A stretch of 24,000 nucleotides of DNA from Nocardioides sp. NBC_00368. Lineage in GTDB: Bacteria > Actinomycetota > Actinomycetes > Propionibacteriales > Nocardioidaceae. Made by a program: the position numbers and the translations under genes. The stretch's first letter is position 1; every line of letters starts with the position of its first letter. Location of the stretch: assembly GCF_036090055.1 (NCBI RefSeq), contig NZ_CP107970.1, forward strand, positions 2,922,635 through 2,946,634. Reading direction: 5' to 3'. The notes under the pieces were generated by a model. That model did no database searches. It had not been told where the DNA came from and saw only the letters and a program-made list of their open reading frames with translations. Of the stretch, positions 7,619-14,617 are shown piece by piece.

Positions 7619-7654
7619 ACCCGGTGGTGCCGAGGGAGAACGGCACCACCGGGT
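7619..7654 (-). terminator. Perfect 14-bp-stem / 8-nt-loop hairpin between pmoB and the downstream genes; candidate attenuator or mRNA-stabilising / processing element
   Basis: ACCCGGTGGTGCCG (7619-7632) and CGGCACCACCGGGT (7641-7654) are exact reverse complements. On the transcribed strand the stem is followed only by 'TTCCACCCTT', so there is no strong U-tract. Confidence 0.6.
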
Positions 7655-7666
7655 GAACGTGTTCCG

Positions 7667-8887
7667 TCAGGCCATGGCCGACGGAGTGACGAAGCTCTGG
7701 ATGGTCACGAAGTTCTCGTGGCCGGCCTCGTCCTGGAGGCGCAGCACGCCGGTGAGCTGCATGCGCGACTCGCCGACCGGCATGAGCCGCTCCTTGGCCC
7801 ACACCTCGTCCGTGATGCTCATCGTCAGCTCGCGCGTCTCGCCGGGGGCGATCGGCGTGGCCGGCGAGATCTGGACGGACCGCCCCTCACTCCCCGCCTC
7901 GGCCACCGGGAAGGTGAGCGTGCTCGTCATGAACGACTCCACCGACGCCGGCGAGGTTCCCGTGTTCGTCACCTTCACCTTGGCCGTCACGGTGTCCGTC
8001 GCCGGGTCGAACGCCCCATCGGACGCATCCGCGGTGACGAACTTGGCATCGACCACCGCATCCTCCGGGGCGAAGTGGAGCACCTGCTGCGGCATCTTGT
8101 CCGGGTAGGCCTGCGCCTGCCACACCATGCCTCCCACCACCAGGGCGATGGTCGCGCCCATCATGATGTTCATGACGCGGTGGTCCTTCTTGGTGATCAG
8201 CCCGTACGCCCCACCGTCGGTGTTGAGCGGGATCTGGCTCGTCACCGGCAGACGTGTGACGGTCGGCTTCGGGACGATCCAGTAGAGGAGCCAGGCGAAC
8301 CCGATCACCAGCCAGATGACGTTCCAGAAGGTGACGCCACCCATGCCGATGTTCTCGAGGTCGGCCGTCTTCCCGCTCAGCAGCTTGACCTCGTTGGTGA
8401 AGCCGCCGGCGGACTCCGTCACGTCGACGTACTGCCCCGGGCCGATGAGCGAGCCCGCTCCATGGATGCCGAAGATGGGATGCACGTGCCAGTGACCGAC
8501 CCGGCGCCCCTGGAGCACCATCTTGAACTGGTAGACGCCGCCCTTCTCGATCTCGATCGCCATCGGCGCGGGCGCGCCGTTGACGGTGCGCTCCTTGATG
8601 ACGACGGTCGGGCCCGGGGCGATCACACCGATGAAGCCGAGCTTCGGCTCCGCGAGCTGCTCAGGGTAGGTCTCGAGGATCTTCGCGGTGCCCGTGATGG
8701 TGAGCTCCTCACCCTGGGCGACCTTCTCGGCCGAGTACTTCACGTCCCAGAAGGCGACCGTGCCCATCCGGAGGAAGGCCTCCTGGGCCGTCTCTCCGTG
8801 AGCCGACGCCGGTGCCGGCGGCAGCGCGAGCACGACGGCGACGGCAGCGGCCAACACCGCTCCGATGTACTTCAGTTTGCTACGCAT
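7667..8887 (-). CDS. pmoB: Copper membrane monooxygenase subunit B (PmoB/AmoB/BmoB/HmoB family)
   Basis: A signal peptide ending 'ASA' is followed by 'HGETAQEAFLRMGTVAFWD' (compare methanotroph PmoB 'HGEKSQAAFMRMRT'). The 'GHWHVHP' HxH motif, two central TM helices and a C-terminal cupredoxin-like domain are present. RBS GAGGAG. Confidence 0.95.
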   Translation of the reverse strand: MRSKLKYIGAVLAAAVAVVLALPPAPASAHGETAQEAFLRMGTVAFWDVKYSAEKVAQGEELTITGTAKILETYPEQLAEPKLGFIGVIAPGPTVVIKERTVNGAPAPMAIEIEKGGVYQFKMVLQGRRVGHWHVHPIFGIHGAGSLIGPGQYVDVTESAGGFTNEVKLLSGKTADLENIGMGGVTFWNVIWLVIGFAWLLYWIVPKPTVTRLPVTSQIPLNTDGGAYGLITKKDHRVMNIMMGATIALVVGGMVWQAQAYPDKMPQQVLHFAPEDAVVDAKFVTADASDGAFDPATDTVTAKVKVTNTGTSPASVESFMTSTLTFPVAEAGSEGRSVQISPATPIAPGETRELTMSITDEVWAKERLMPVGESRMQLTGVLRLQDEAGHENFVTIQSFVTPSAMA

Positions 8888-8899
8888 GTCGTACTCCTC

Positions 8900-9685
8900 T
8901 CAGAACCGCTTGATGAAGCGGCCGATGGGCCAGATGGCAAGTCCGCGACCGATGGCCTGTCCGACCCAGTAGCCGGCGACGGCGAGAGTGGCCCCGAACG
9001 CCAGCGAGACGTACTGGGTCTCACCGAGGAAGGTGCGGAGCGACCCGTGCTCGATCATGCGGAGGTACTCGGGTGTCTGACCACGGACGTACTCGATGCC
9101 CTGGACGTCGGCGACGGTGACGTGCAGGCCCATCCAGTCGATCGGCTGCAGGTACGGCGCGAGCACCGTGTAGTTCGTGAACCAGAGGATCAGCGCGAAG
9201 CCGAACGCTCCGATCAGCGAGGTGAGCACGAAGCTCTTCGTCTTCAGCAGGACCCAGTCCAGCCAGATGGCGGCAGCCAGGATCATCACCGGCCAGACGA
9301 ACGCCAGCGGGAACCCGCCGAACATGTCCCAGTTGAAGATGCGGCCGATCCAGGACGCGATCGTCATGCTGATGGCGGTGTAGACGGCACCCGTGGGCAT
9401 GCGCCAGGCGAGCCACTGGATGTACTGCAGGGCCGAGGGGATGATGATGACGGCGAACGGGGTCACCATCGGCCACCACTGACGGTCCTTCCAGTCCGTC
9501 CAGAAGTCCCAGTCTCCTGCGAACAGGAGCTTGGTGATGTCGGCTGCGGCGGCGACCACGAAGGCGGCCGTGACCCAGAAGACGATGTCCCACTTACGGT
9601 CGATGAAGGTGTAACGGCGGTTGAGCAGCTTCCGCAGTGCTTGCGTACGCTCCTCGGACTCCGGCGCCAAAGCTGTGGCACTCAT
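8900..9685 (-). CDS. pmoA: Copper membrane monooxygenase subunit A (PmoA/AmoA family)
   Basis: The sequence 'DWDFWTDWKDRQWWPMVTP' and the overall polytopic pattern match PmoA/AmoA. I chose the start at ATG 9685 (AAGGAG RBS upstream) rather than the track's 9916, whose 77-aa extension is Arg/Pro-rich junk. Confidence 0.93.
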   Translation of the reverse strand: MSATALAPESEERTQALRKLLNRRYTFIDRKWDIVFWVTAAFVVAAAADITKLLFAGDWDFWTDWKDRQWWPMVTPFAVIIIPSALQYIQWLAWRMPTGAVYTAISMTIASWIGRIFNWDMFGGFPLAFVWPVMILAAAIWLDWVLLKTKSFVLTSLIGAFGFALILWFTNYTVLAPYLQPIDWMGLHVTVADVQGIEYVRGQTPEYLRMIEHGSLRTFLGETQYVSLAFGATLAVAGYWVGQAIGRGLAIWPIGRFIKRF

Positions 9686-9723
9686 GAGGGCTCCTTGGTT
9701 TGGGGATGTGGACGGTCCACTGG

Positions 9724-10587
9724 TCAGGCGATCGCGGGATCCGAGGTCGCTACGGTTTGTCGTTCCTCTTCGATCTCGTCCTCGATCTGGAGCAGCCGAC
9801 CCAGGGACTCTGCCCAGAGGGCGAAGATGCCGGACGCCAGCCAGCCGTAGGTGACGAAGGGCCAGTGGAACGGAGCGGCGAAGATCTCTTCGGTGATCCA
9901 GAGGCTGTGGCCCCACTCGTTCATCGCGACCTGCATCATCTCGGTGACGGAGGCGGAGATGAGGAGGAAGAAGGACCAGGGGAAGCCCTTGTCAGGCGAG
10001 TAGACCTTCGGCAGGCGGGTACGCCCGTAGAGGTAGGTGCCCACCGTCATCGTGATGCCGAGCGGGAAGGCCCAGAAGAACATGACGATGTGGCTGGGGG
10101 TGAGGGCGGTGTCGCGAACAGCGGTCTGGTGCCAGACACCGTCCTGGTTCGGGAAGAAGCTCGCCATGAAGTAGAGCGTCAGCGAGGTGGCGCCGATCAG
10201 GCCCCAGAAGACCGCGATGCGACGTACTTCCTCGGCCTTGCTGATCGGCCGGGCCTCTGCCTTGGCGGCGAGGTTCTGGCCCGACTTGATCAGCCATCCC
10301 CACCAGACGAGCGTCACGATCGTGACGACGACCAGCTCGCCGAGGAACAGGTTGAACCAGTACGTCCGGAAGCCATCGCTGGCCGCATCCAGGCCGTACT
10401 CCTTGTACCAGGCGAACTTCTGCTGGTAGATCCGCAGCCCGATGAACGATCCGGCGAGCAGGAAGCTCCCGATGAACATCCAGCGCCAGCCGCCGTTCCA
10501 GTCGATCGGGCCGCGGCCCTTGGGGAACTCGCCGGACGAGTCCCCGCGAGTGTCCTCCCGGGATTCCGGGGTGATGGTTGTGGACAT
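9724..10587 (-). CDS. pmoC: Copper membrane monooxygenase subunit C (PmoC/AmoC family)
   Basis: 'NQDGVWHQ...PSH' gives D149/H153/H166. 'NEWGHSLW...FHWPF' gives N223/H227/H241. Spacing is the same as the two PmoC metal sites. RBS GGAAGGA. Confidence 0.95.
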   Translation of the reverse strand: MSTTITPESREDTRGDSSGEFPKGRGPIDWNGGWRWMFIGSFLLAGSFIGLRIYQQKFAWYKEYGLDAASDGFRTYWFNLFLGELVVVTIVTLVWWGWLIKSGQNLAAKAEARPISKAEEVRRIAVFWGLIGATSLTLYFMASFFPNQDGVWHQTAVRDTALTPSHIVMFFWAFPLGITMTVGTYLYGRTRLPKVYSPDKGFPWSFFLLISASVTEMMQVAMNEWGHSLWITEEIFAAPFHWPFVTYGWLASGIFALWAESLGRLLQIEDEIEEERQTVATSDPAIA

Positions 10588-10623
10588 GGTTTTTCCTTCC
10601 GTTTGTCGTGCGGAGGTCCGGGG

Positions 10624-11661
10624 TCAGGGGATGAGGACGGCCCGACCGCGCACCCGTCCGTGGTGCAGGTCGTCGAGCGCGACGTTGGCGTCGTCGAGGG
10701 GGTAGATCTGGGAGTGGAGGGTGACCTTCTTGGCCGCGGCCAGCTCCATCAGCTCGGAGAGCTCGGTGTAGTTGCCGACGAGGCTGCCGACGACGCTGAT
10801 CTCGCTGAAGATGACCTGCAGGGCCGGCACGTTGACGTTGCCGCCGTATCCGACGACGTAGTAGGTCCCGCCCTGGCGCAGCATGTTCGGGCCCTGGTCG
10901 GTGGTGCCGTGCTCGGCGACGAAGTCGATGACGGCCTCGACCCCGTCTCCTCCGGCGAGGTCCTTGACCGCCTCGACGACGTCGCCCTCGCCTGCATCGA
11001 CGGTGATGTCCGCACCGATCTGCTTCGCGAGCTCGAGGGCGTCGGGGTTTGTGTCGACGACCACGATCTCGGTGGGGCTGAGCGCCTTGAGCGACTGGAT
11101 CGCGATGTGGCCCAGGCCGCCGGCTCCGATCACCACCGTCTTGGTGCCGGCCTGGAGCCGGGGTACGGCCTTCTTGACGGCCCGGTACGCGGTGATGCCG
11201 GCATCCGCGAGCGGCGCGACGTCGACCGGCTGGAGGCTCGGATCGAGCTTGATGCAGGCGCGCTCGTTCGTGAGCATGTACTCGGCGTACCCGCCGTCCA
11301 TCGCGAGCCCCGGGAATCCGGCCGTCTCGCAGTACATGTCCTCTCCGCGGCGGCACCCCGCGCAGACGCCACAGGTGATGTGCGGGTGGAGGATCACCGT
11401 GTCGCCGGGCGCCACCGTGGTGACCGCCGAGCCGACCTCGTCGACCCAGCCCGCGTTCTCGTGGCCGAGGATGAACGGCAGGAGCGTGCCCTCGGTGTCG
11501 AGCGTGTCCTTCCAGACCTTCTCGATCACATGGAGGTCCGTTCGGCACACGCCCGCGGCGCCCACCTTGATCACCACGTCGTGCGGCCCGGTGATCCGGG
11601 GCTTGGGCACGTCCTCGAGGACCAGCTTCGAGTCATAGGTGTAGAGCCGGGCGGCCTTCAT
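10624..11661 (-). CDS. Zn-dependent (medium-chain) alcohol dehydrogenase
   Basis: Catalytic Zn ligands 'GVCRTDLH' and 'GHENAG'. Structural Zn motif 'CGVCAGCRRGEDMYC'. Rossmann motif 'GAGGLG'. Start at ATG 11661 with a GAAGGAG RBS, overlapping the DUF59 gene stop (ATGA). Confidence 0.9.
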   Translation of the reverse strand: MKAARLYTYDSKLVLEDVPKPRITGPHDVVIKVGAAGVCRTDLHVIEKVWKDTLDTEGTLLPFILGHENAGWVDEVGSAVTTVAPGDTVILHPHITCGVCAGCRRGEDMYCETAGFPGLAMDGGYAEYMLTNERACIKLDPSLQPVDVAPLADAGITAYRAVKKAVPRLQAGTKTVVIGAGGLGHIAIQSLKALSPTEIVVVDTNPDALELAKQIGADITVDAGEGDVVEAVKDLAGGDGVEAVIDFVAEHGTTDQGPNMLRQGGTYYVVGYGGNVNVPALQVIFSEISVVGSLVGNYTELSELMELAAAKKVTLHSQIYPLDDANVALDDLHHGRVRGRAVLIP

Positions 11662-12365
11662 GCCACTTCTCCTTCGGTGACGACGGTGAGTTCTGAGGGG
11701 TAGCGCTCCGCGAGCAGCGCCTTGCAGAGATGACCGTTGCCCTCGAAGGACACGGCCATCACCCGAGCAGACCGCCGGTGGGCCCGGACCTGCTCCGGGC
11801 CCACCGGACGGCCATCGGCGGCGATGAGGAAGGGGTCGTCGTGGCGGCAACCGACCCCGAGCTCCTCTCGCGTGGTCAGGTACTTCCCGAGACCGGGAAG
11901 CTCGAGGCGGGCGACGTCTCCCAGCACGAGGTCGACCAGACTCTCGGCGTCGACACCGATCTCCTCCAGCTGGCGACAGACCTGCTCCTGGCGGATCAGC
12001 AGGGTCTTGCGCCGGAAGTGGTCGCGCAGGTCCTCGAGGTCGCCCTCCGCCTCGCTGGGGAACGCGGTCATGAACCCGCCCCTGCTCTGCACGCCGGACT
12101 GGATCCGCTCCGACTCGAAGTGGTCCTCGACGGAGACGGTGACCGCACCCTTTCCGACGACGCGCTCCGCCGCCTGACGTACGTCGTCCACCATCAGCCA
12201 GGTGAAGTTCGGCGCACAGAAGTACGTCGGCAGCTGCATGACGATGCGCACCCGACCGCCTTCCTCGGTGACGGAGCGGATGAACCCCATGTCAGTCACC
12301 GAGCGGTCGACCTCGGGGTCGTGCACCTCATCCAGCGCCGCGAGGACGTCGGACGCGGTCGACAT
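11658..12365 (-). CDS. DUF59/MIP18-domain protein (Fe-S / metal-cluster-assembly-like N-terminal domain plus an uncharacterised C-terminal domain)
   Basis: The N-terminus 'DVLAALDEVHDPEVDRSVTDMGFIRSV...LPTYFCAPNF' resembles the DUF59 fold. The ATG at 12365 overlaps the amidohydrolase stop (ATGA). The track's longer ORF (to 12941) is an out-of-context extension through the amidohydrolase gene. Confidence 0.75.
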   Translation of the reverse strand: MSTASDVLAALDEVHDPEVDRSVTDMGFIRSVTEEGGRVRIVMQLPTYFCAPNFTWLMVDDVRQAAERVVGKGAVTVSVEDHFESERIQSGVQSRGGFMTAFPSEAEGDLEDLRDHFRRKTLLIRQEQVCRQLEEIGVDAESLVDLVLGDVARLELPGLGKYLTTREELGVGCRHDDPFLIAADGRPVGPEQVRAHRRSARVMAVSFEGNGHLCKALLAERYPSELTVVTEGEVA

Positions 12366-13378
12366 CAGGCCACGACCTCGGCGAGGACGTCCACCTCTGC
12401 GACTCCGACGACGTCCTCCGGGACCTCGATGTCGTACAGGCGCGCGGCGTTGAGGCCGAGGACCTTGGCCTTCTGGACGTCGGTGATGGCGTCGTACTCG
12501 CTGCCCTCGGAGAACTGGAAGTCGAGGAACTTCTCGACCAGCCAGCGCGGGGTCCAGATCGCGTAGTCGCTGCCGAAGCAGATCTTGTCCTCGCCGAGCC
12601 AGTAGAGGAGCTCGCCCATGATCTGCTCGAAGTAGCGGGGCTTGGCATGGACGAACGGCATCGCGACCGCCATGCCGGCGTAGACGTTGTGCTCCTGGGT
12701 GCCGATCCAGCAGAAGTCCTCGAGCCTGGGCAGGCCGATGTGCTCGACGATGAAGTTGAGGTCCTGGAAATCGGTGGCCACGTGGTCGACGTCGTGGACA
12801 TCGAAGGCATCCCGGTCGAGCGGCCAGACCGTGGGGCCCTTGTGGATGTGGATGTTCTTGATGCCGAGCTCCTGGGACTTCTCCAGGTAGCGGTAGGCCA
12901 TCGGATCGGTGAGCGAGTAGCCACGGGAGTCGCCCTGCCACTCCGCGGTGTAGAGCTTGACGCCCTGGATCTTCCGCTCGGAAGCCTCCTTCTCGAGCAG
13001 CTCGAGACCTTCCTCACCGAAGCGTGGGTCCCACGAGGTGTTGAGGATGAACCTGCCCGGGTTCTCCTCGACCAGCTCGAGCGCCTCCTTCTCGCGGCGG
13101 AAGCCGGTCCTATAGAACGCGCCGAGGACCGTCGGGTTGAAGATCGCGACGTCGACGCCGCCGTTGTCGAGGACGTCCTTGACGACGTCCTCCTTCTCGA
13201 TCTTCGCGAAGCGCTCCTTCGACCACTTCTCCTCCTCGGGGGAGAGCCCGTTGTGGTAGTCGAAGAAGCACTGGGTCCAGCCCTTGCCGTAGTCGTTCAG
13301 GCAGTTCTCGTCCGAGCCGTCCCAGATGTGGATGTGGCCGTCGACGATGAAGTAGTTCTTGCCGTCCCTGGTGATCAT
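12365..13378 (-). CDS. Amidohydrolase-2 family (TIM-barrel metal-dependent hydrolase)
   Basis: 'FIVDGHIHIWD' HxH metal motif near the N-terminus, plus '..IVEHIG..' and 'FGSDY' motifs. ATG 13378 is preceded by an AGGAGGA RBS. It is the first gene of the cluster. Confidence 0.85.
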   Translation of the reverse strand: MITRDGKNYFIVDGHIHIWDGSDENCLNDYGKGWTQCFFDYHNGLSPEEEKWSKERFAKIEKEDVVKDVLDNGGVDVAIFNPTVLGAFYRTGFRREKEALELVEENPGRFILNTSWDPRFGEEGLELLEKEASERKIQGVKLYTAEWQGDSRGYSLTDPMAYRYLEKSQELGIKNIHIHKGPTVWPLDRDAFDVHDVDHVATDFQDLNFIVEHIGLPRLEDFCWIGTQEHNVYAGMAVAMPFVHAKPRYFEQIMGELLYWLGEDKICFGSDYAIWTPRWLVEKFLDFQFSEGSEYDAITDVQKAKVLGLNAARLYDIEVPEDVVGVAEVDVLAEVVA

Positions 13379-13767
13379 GCGTGTCCTCCTGATGCGAGTT
13401 CGGCGTGATGGCGATGCCGACCGTGTCGGCAGCGGTCTGCCGACTCGGGATCGCTTCAGTGAAGGGCCCGTCCGCACCTGTGTCGAGCGTCACATCAGCA
13501 TCGATGGCCGCTGTTCCACACCCGTCGGAAACCCGGTGGAATACCGGCCATGAGCAGGGCCGGCGCGGTTTCCTGGCCGCGATGCGGACGCCGACTCCGC
13601 AGGTATCAGCCGTTGGATGGGCGAAATACTCGACGCTTTCCGCAGGGGGTGATGGCGGCTCGGGATTCCGACGCCGAACGCTGTCCAGGCGGTGTGACGG
13701 GAGTCACCATTCCGAGACAACGGGCGGCACGAGCCGCACGTTCACCGGAAGAAATCGAGGTCGCACG

Positions 13768-14058
13768 ATGACGTTTGAGACCTTGCTGGTCATGGCGGTC
13801 GGTATCGCGGCGCTGACCGGTCTGCGGATCGTTCTGGCCCTCATCGGAAAGGGGCATGCCGCCGACCACTCCGCGGTTCCGCGCCCCCGGGAGGGCACAG
13901 CGGCCGGCTCGAGGTGCCGCGCGGTACGCGGGACGGGACGCAACCGGAACCTGCTCTACTTCGTGCCGAGAACGGAACCACAGCTGCCGGACGTGCAGAC
14001 CCGGCAGGCGGCCGAGCCAAGGGCCGCGACCTCTACAGCGTCCGGCGGGCGCCGTTGA
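13768..14058 (+). CDS. Candidate small membrane protein (96 aa); weak call
   Basis: An ATG is preceded by GAGG 6 nt upstream. The N-terminal TM helix is 'MTFETLLVMAVGIAALTGLRIVLALIG'. GC3 is only moderately high, the C-terminal half is Arg/Gly-rich, and the 3' end overlaps the convergent gene by 26 nt. Confidence 0.25.
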   Translation: MTFETLLVMAVGIAALTGLRIVLALIGKGHAADHSAVPRPREGTAAGSRCRAVRGTGRNRNLLYFVPRTEPQLPDVQTRQAAEPRAATSTASGGRR

Positions 14059-14491
14059 CCTTCTGCCGGAGCCAGGCGGGCACGCGCTCCTCGTCACGCG
14101 GGAACGTCTCGAGGTCGAGCGCGTACAGCCCCGGGTGGGCCGGCCAGCGCCAGACCGGCTCGTCGTCGTAGTTGAAGACGACCTTGGTCGAGTTCTTCTC
14201 CCCCTCGCCCTCCCCGCTGGCGATGGTCCAGCGGGCGGAGAACCAGGCGCCCCGGCCCGGCTCGTACATCACCCGCCGCAGCTCGTCGGTCAGCGCGAGG
14301 ATGGTCTCAGGCGGCCGGGCGTAGGCGAAGCTGCCGTCCGGTCGGTGCACGTCGATGCGTCCGGTGAAGAACATGGACAGGTTGCGATGGTTGAAGACCA
14401 ACGTGGACCAGTCGCCCTCGACCTCGTCGGCGAGGTGGAGGGCGATCTCATCGATGAGCTGTTCCTGTCTGACCACAGGAGGAACGGTCAT
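14033..14491 (-). CDS. Hypothetical cytoplasmic protein (152 aa)
   Basis: ATG at 14491 with a GGAGG about 7 nt upstream. The sequence 'GDWSTLVFNHRNLSMFFTGRIDVHRPDGS...ELRRVMYEPGRGAWFSARWTI' vaguely resembles small immunity-type proteins, but I cannot assign a family. Confidence 0.55.
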   Translation of the reverse strand: MTVPPVVRQEQLIDEIALHLADEVEGDWSTLVFNHRNLSMFFTGRIDVHRPDGSFAYARPPETILALTDELRRVMYEPGRGAWFSARWTIASGEGEGEKNSTKVVFNYDDEPVWRWPAHPGLYALDLETFPRDEERVPAWLRQKVNGARRTL

Positions 14492-14617
14492 GACCGCCAA
14501 CCTACTACCGCTGTCGACCTCAATCCGGGACCATCGTCCCGGGGTCCGGCACACTGAGGTTTTTCCCACCCGCGGAGCACGGACATATCGAGCAGCGTCC
14601 GCGGGTACCACCTCAGC

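Noticed and set aside
7451-9850. 799-aa plus-strand ORF spanning the pmoB/pmoA region
   Set aside because: It is antisense to two genes with unmistakable PmoB/PmoA homology. Its translation is low-complexity and Arg/Asp/His/Gly-rich with no recognisable domain. Long stop-free antisense frames are expected at this GC content.
7667-10587. Interpreting the locus as a methanotroph pMMO or a nitrifier AMO
   Set aside because: The genomic context is actinobacterial and includes a co-transcribed alcohol dehydrogenase. No methanol or hydroxylamine oxidation genes, pmoD/amoD/amoE or copCD are in the window. Known actinobacterial CuMMOs act on C2-C4 hydrocarbons. Substrate range cannot be proven from sequence alone.
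9700-11703. 667-aa plus-strand ORF and 518-aa minus-strand alternate-frame ORF (9992-11548) over pmoC and the ADH gene
   Set aside because: Both lie antisense to, or out of frame with, genes that have clear PmoC and Zn-ADH motifs. Neither has domain-like sequence.
8900-13477. Long N-terminal extensions in the track for pmoA (to 9916), the ADH gene (to 11850), the DUF59 gene (to 12941) and the amidohydrolase gene (to 13477). The same applies to the hydrolase (to 19375) and the peptidase (to 21640).
   Set aside because: The extensions are Arg/Pro/Gly-rich, overlap upstream genes, and lack an RBS. Internal ATGs are each preceded by a strong AGGAG-type RBS or by ATGA coupling, and they give proteins that begin where family homology begins.
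13379-13767. Sigma-54 (-24/-12, TGGCAC-N5-TTGC) promoter upstream of the cluster, given the EBP-type regulator
   Set aside because: No such element is visible on the relevant strand by eye. The regulator lacks GAFTGA, and Actinobacteria are not known to have RpoN.
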